Below are positions 63,211-64,000 of a DNA stretch of 64,000 nucleotides, in pieces. Below the pieces are notes generated by a model. That model saw nothing but the letters and a program-made list of their open reading frames with translations. It was not told the DNA's origin and made no database searches. The translations under genes were made by a program, and so were the position numbers. The number at the start of each line of letters is the position of its first letter. Position 1 is the stretch's first letter. The stretch comes from Cystobasidiomycetes sp. EMM_F5. Its lineage: Eukaryota. The stretch spans positions 1 through 64,000 of the forward strand of contig JBPGPT010000028.1 of NCBI GenBank assembly GCA_051047955.1, in the 5' to 3' direction.

Positions 63211-64000
63211 TCAGCACACCACCCAACTCTGAGCAGATTGCTCGCCGTCCTCTCCAACTCTCCACGTCGCGTCAACCTCCAGTTCACGCGAATTGTCTCC
63301 TCGCTTCCTGCAGTACAGCGTTCCAGAGATGACATCGCCCTGCTTGACGGCGATGGGGTGCTTAAACATAAACAACGTCTGCTTCCAGTGCGTTGGCGTC
63401 CCTCGCGGACCAGTAGTAAAGGCCACTTCGCCAGTCTTGGCCTTGAGACTGTCTTGAGTCTTGTCGAGCGTGCTACCATCGACTAACCGGCCATCAGTCG
63501 TAAAGAACGTGTCAAACCACCCAAGGAAGCCATGCACGGTCGTCGAGCCAGCTTGGGAGATGGTCAATGAAAACGGCGAGGAGAAATCGCTGTCTTTTGC
63601 ACTGTCGAGCGAGACGTGCACATTCTTGATGACTGCAGACGAACTGACGATACAGTCACTCGGAAACACGGCAACATGCGCTTCTTTGTGCACGTCTTGC
63701 GCCATACTTCTCATCTGGAAACCGTACACGTCCGACCAGTACGACACCGTTTCCTGGTAGAAGGCTGGAGTACTTGCTGCAGCCAGCAGTATCGAGCACT
63801 GTGACGGCACGACCAGACCGTCGGGTTTCAGAAATCGATTACGAGCATGCATGACAGAATCGACCATCGATTCATACCTGAAACACACCACTCATCAGCT
63901 ACGACTTTTCCGCTCGATCCACCAACACCCACAGCAAAAAGTAGCCCATCCATTCGCTGATGATGACATCGACCTCATCCAGCTCTTCCTCTGGGAGGTC
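63211..64000 (-). CDS. Type I protein arginine methyltransferase, 3' part only (PRMT3/Rmt3-like)
   Basis: VDVIISEWMGYF, then an intron, then YESMVDSV..ARNRFLKPDG. THW loop FTTGPRGTPTHWKQ. The gene runs off the window end. Confidence 0.9.

Noticed and set aside
1..64000. Transposons, CRISPR arrays, rRNA/tRNA, telomeric repeats and TGA-CTA readthrough peroxisomal signals
   Set aside because: I saw no transposase or RT motifs, regular repeat-spacer arrays, recognisable RNA genes or TTAGGG arrays. None of the stop codons I examined had the readthrough context.

Overview
This is intron-rich, gene-dense eukaryotic DNA with short GT-AG introns and CTRAC-like branch points. It is consistent with a basidiomycete fungus, possibly a Pucciniomycotina yeast; that assignment is inferred, not proven. 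About 23 spliced genes can be reconstructed by eye. Housekeeping genes: CCT6, ACO1, FZO1, MDM38/LETM1, ILV3, mitochondrial bL21, a SAL1-like carrier, a PDK1/Pkh kinase and a partial type I PRMT. Accessory genes: two paralogous RING-H2/coiled-coil genes bracketing a GH28 polygalacturonase, a SnoaL/NTF2-like gene of bacterial appearance, a GFA protein, an alpha/beta hydrolase, a large secreted protein, a tandem pair of GAF hybrid histidine kinases and a LigB-type dioxygenase. The most unusual item is an ~895-aa protein (24385-27491) with a G/L/S/D/Y low-complexity half, an ~690-residue lysine desert and four Trp/Arg-rich repeats I do not recognise. No rRNA, tRNA, transposon or CRISPR array was seen. 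Exon boundaries are manual predictions.
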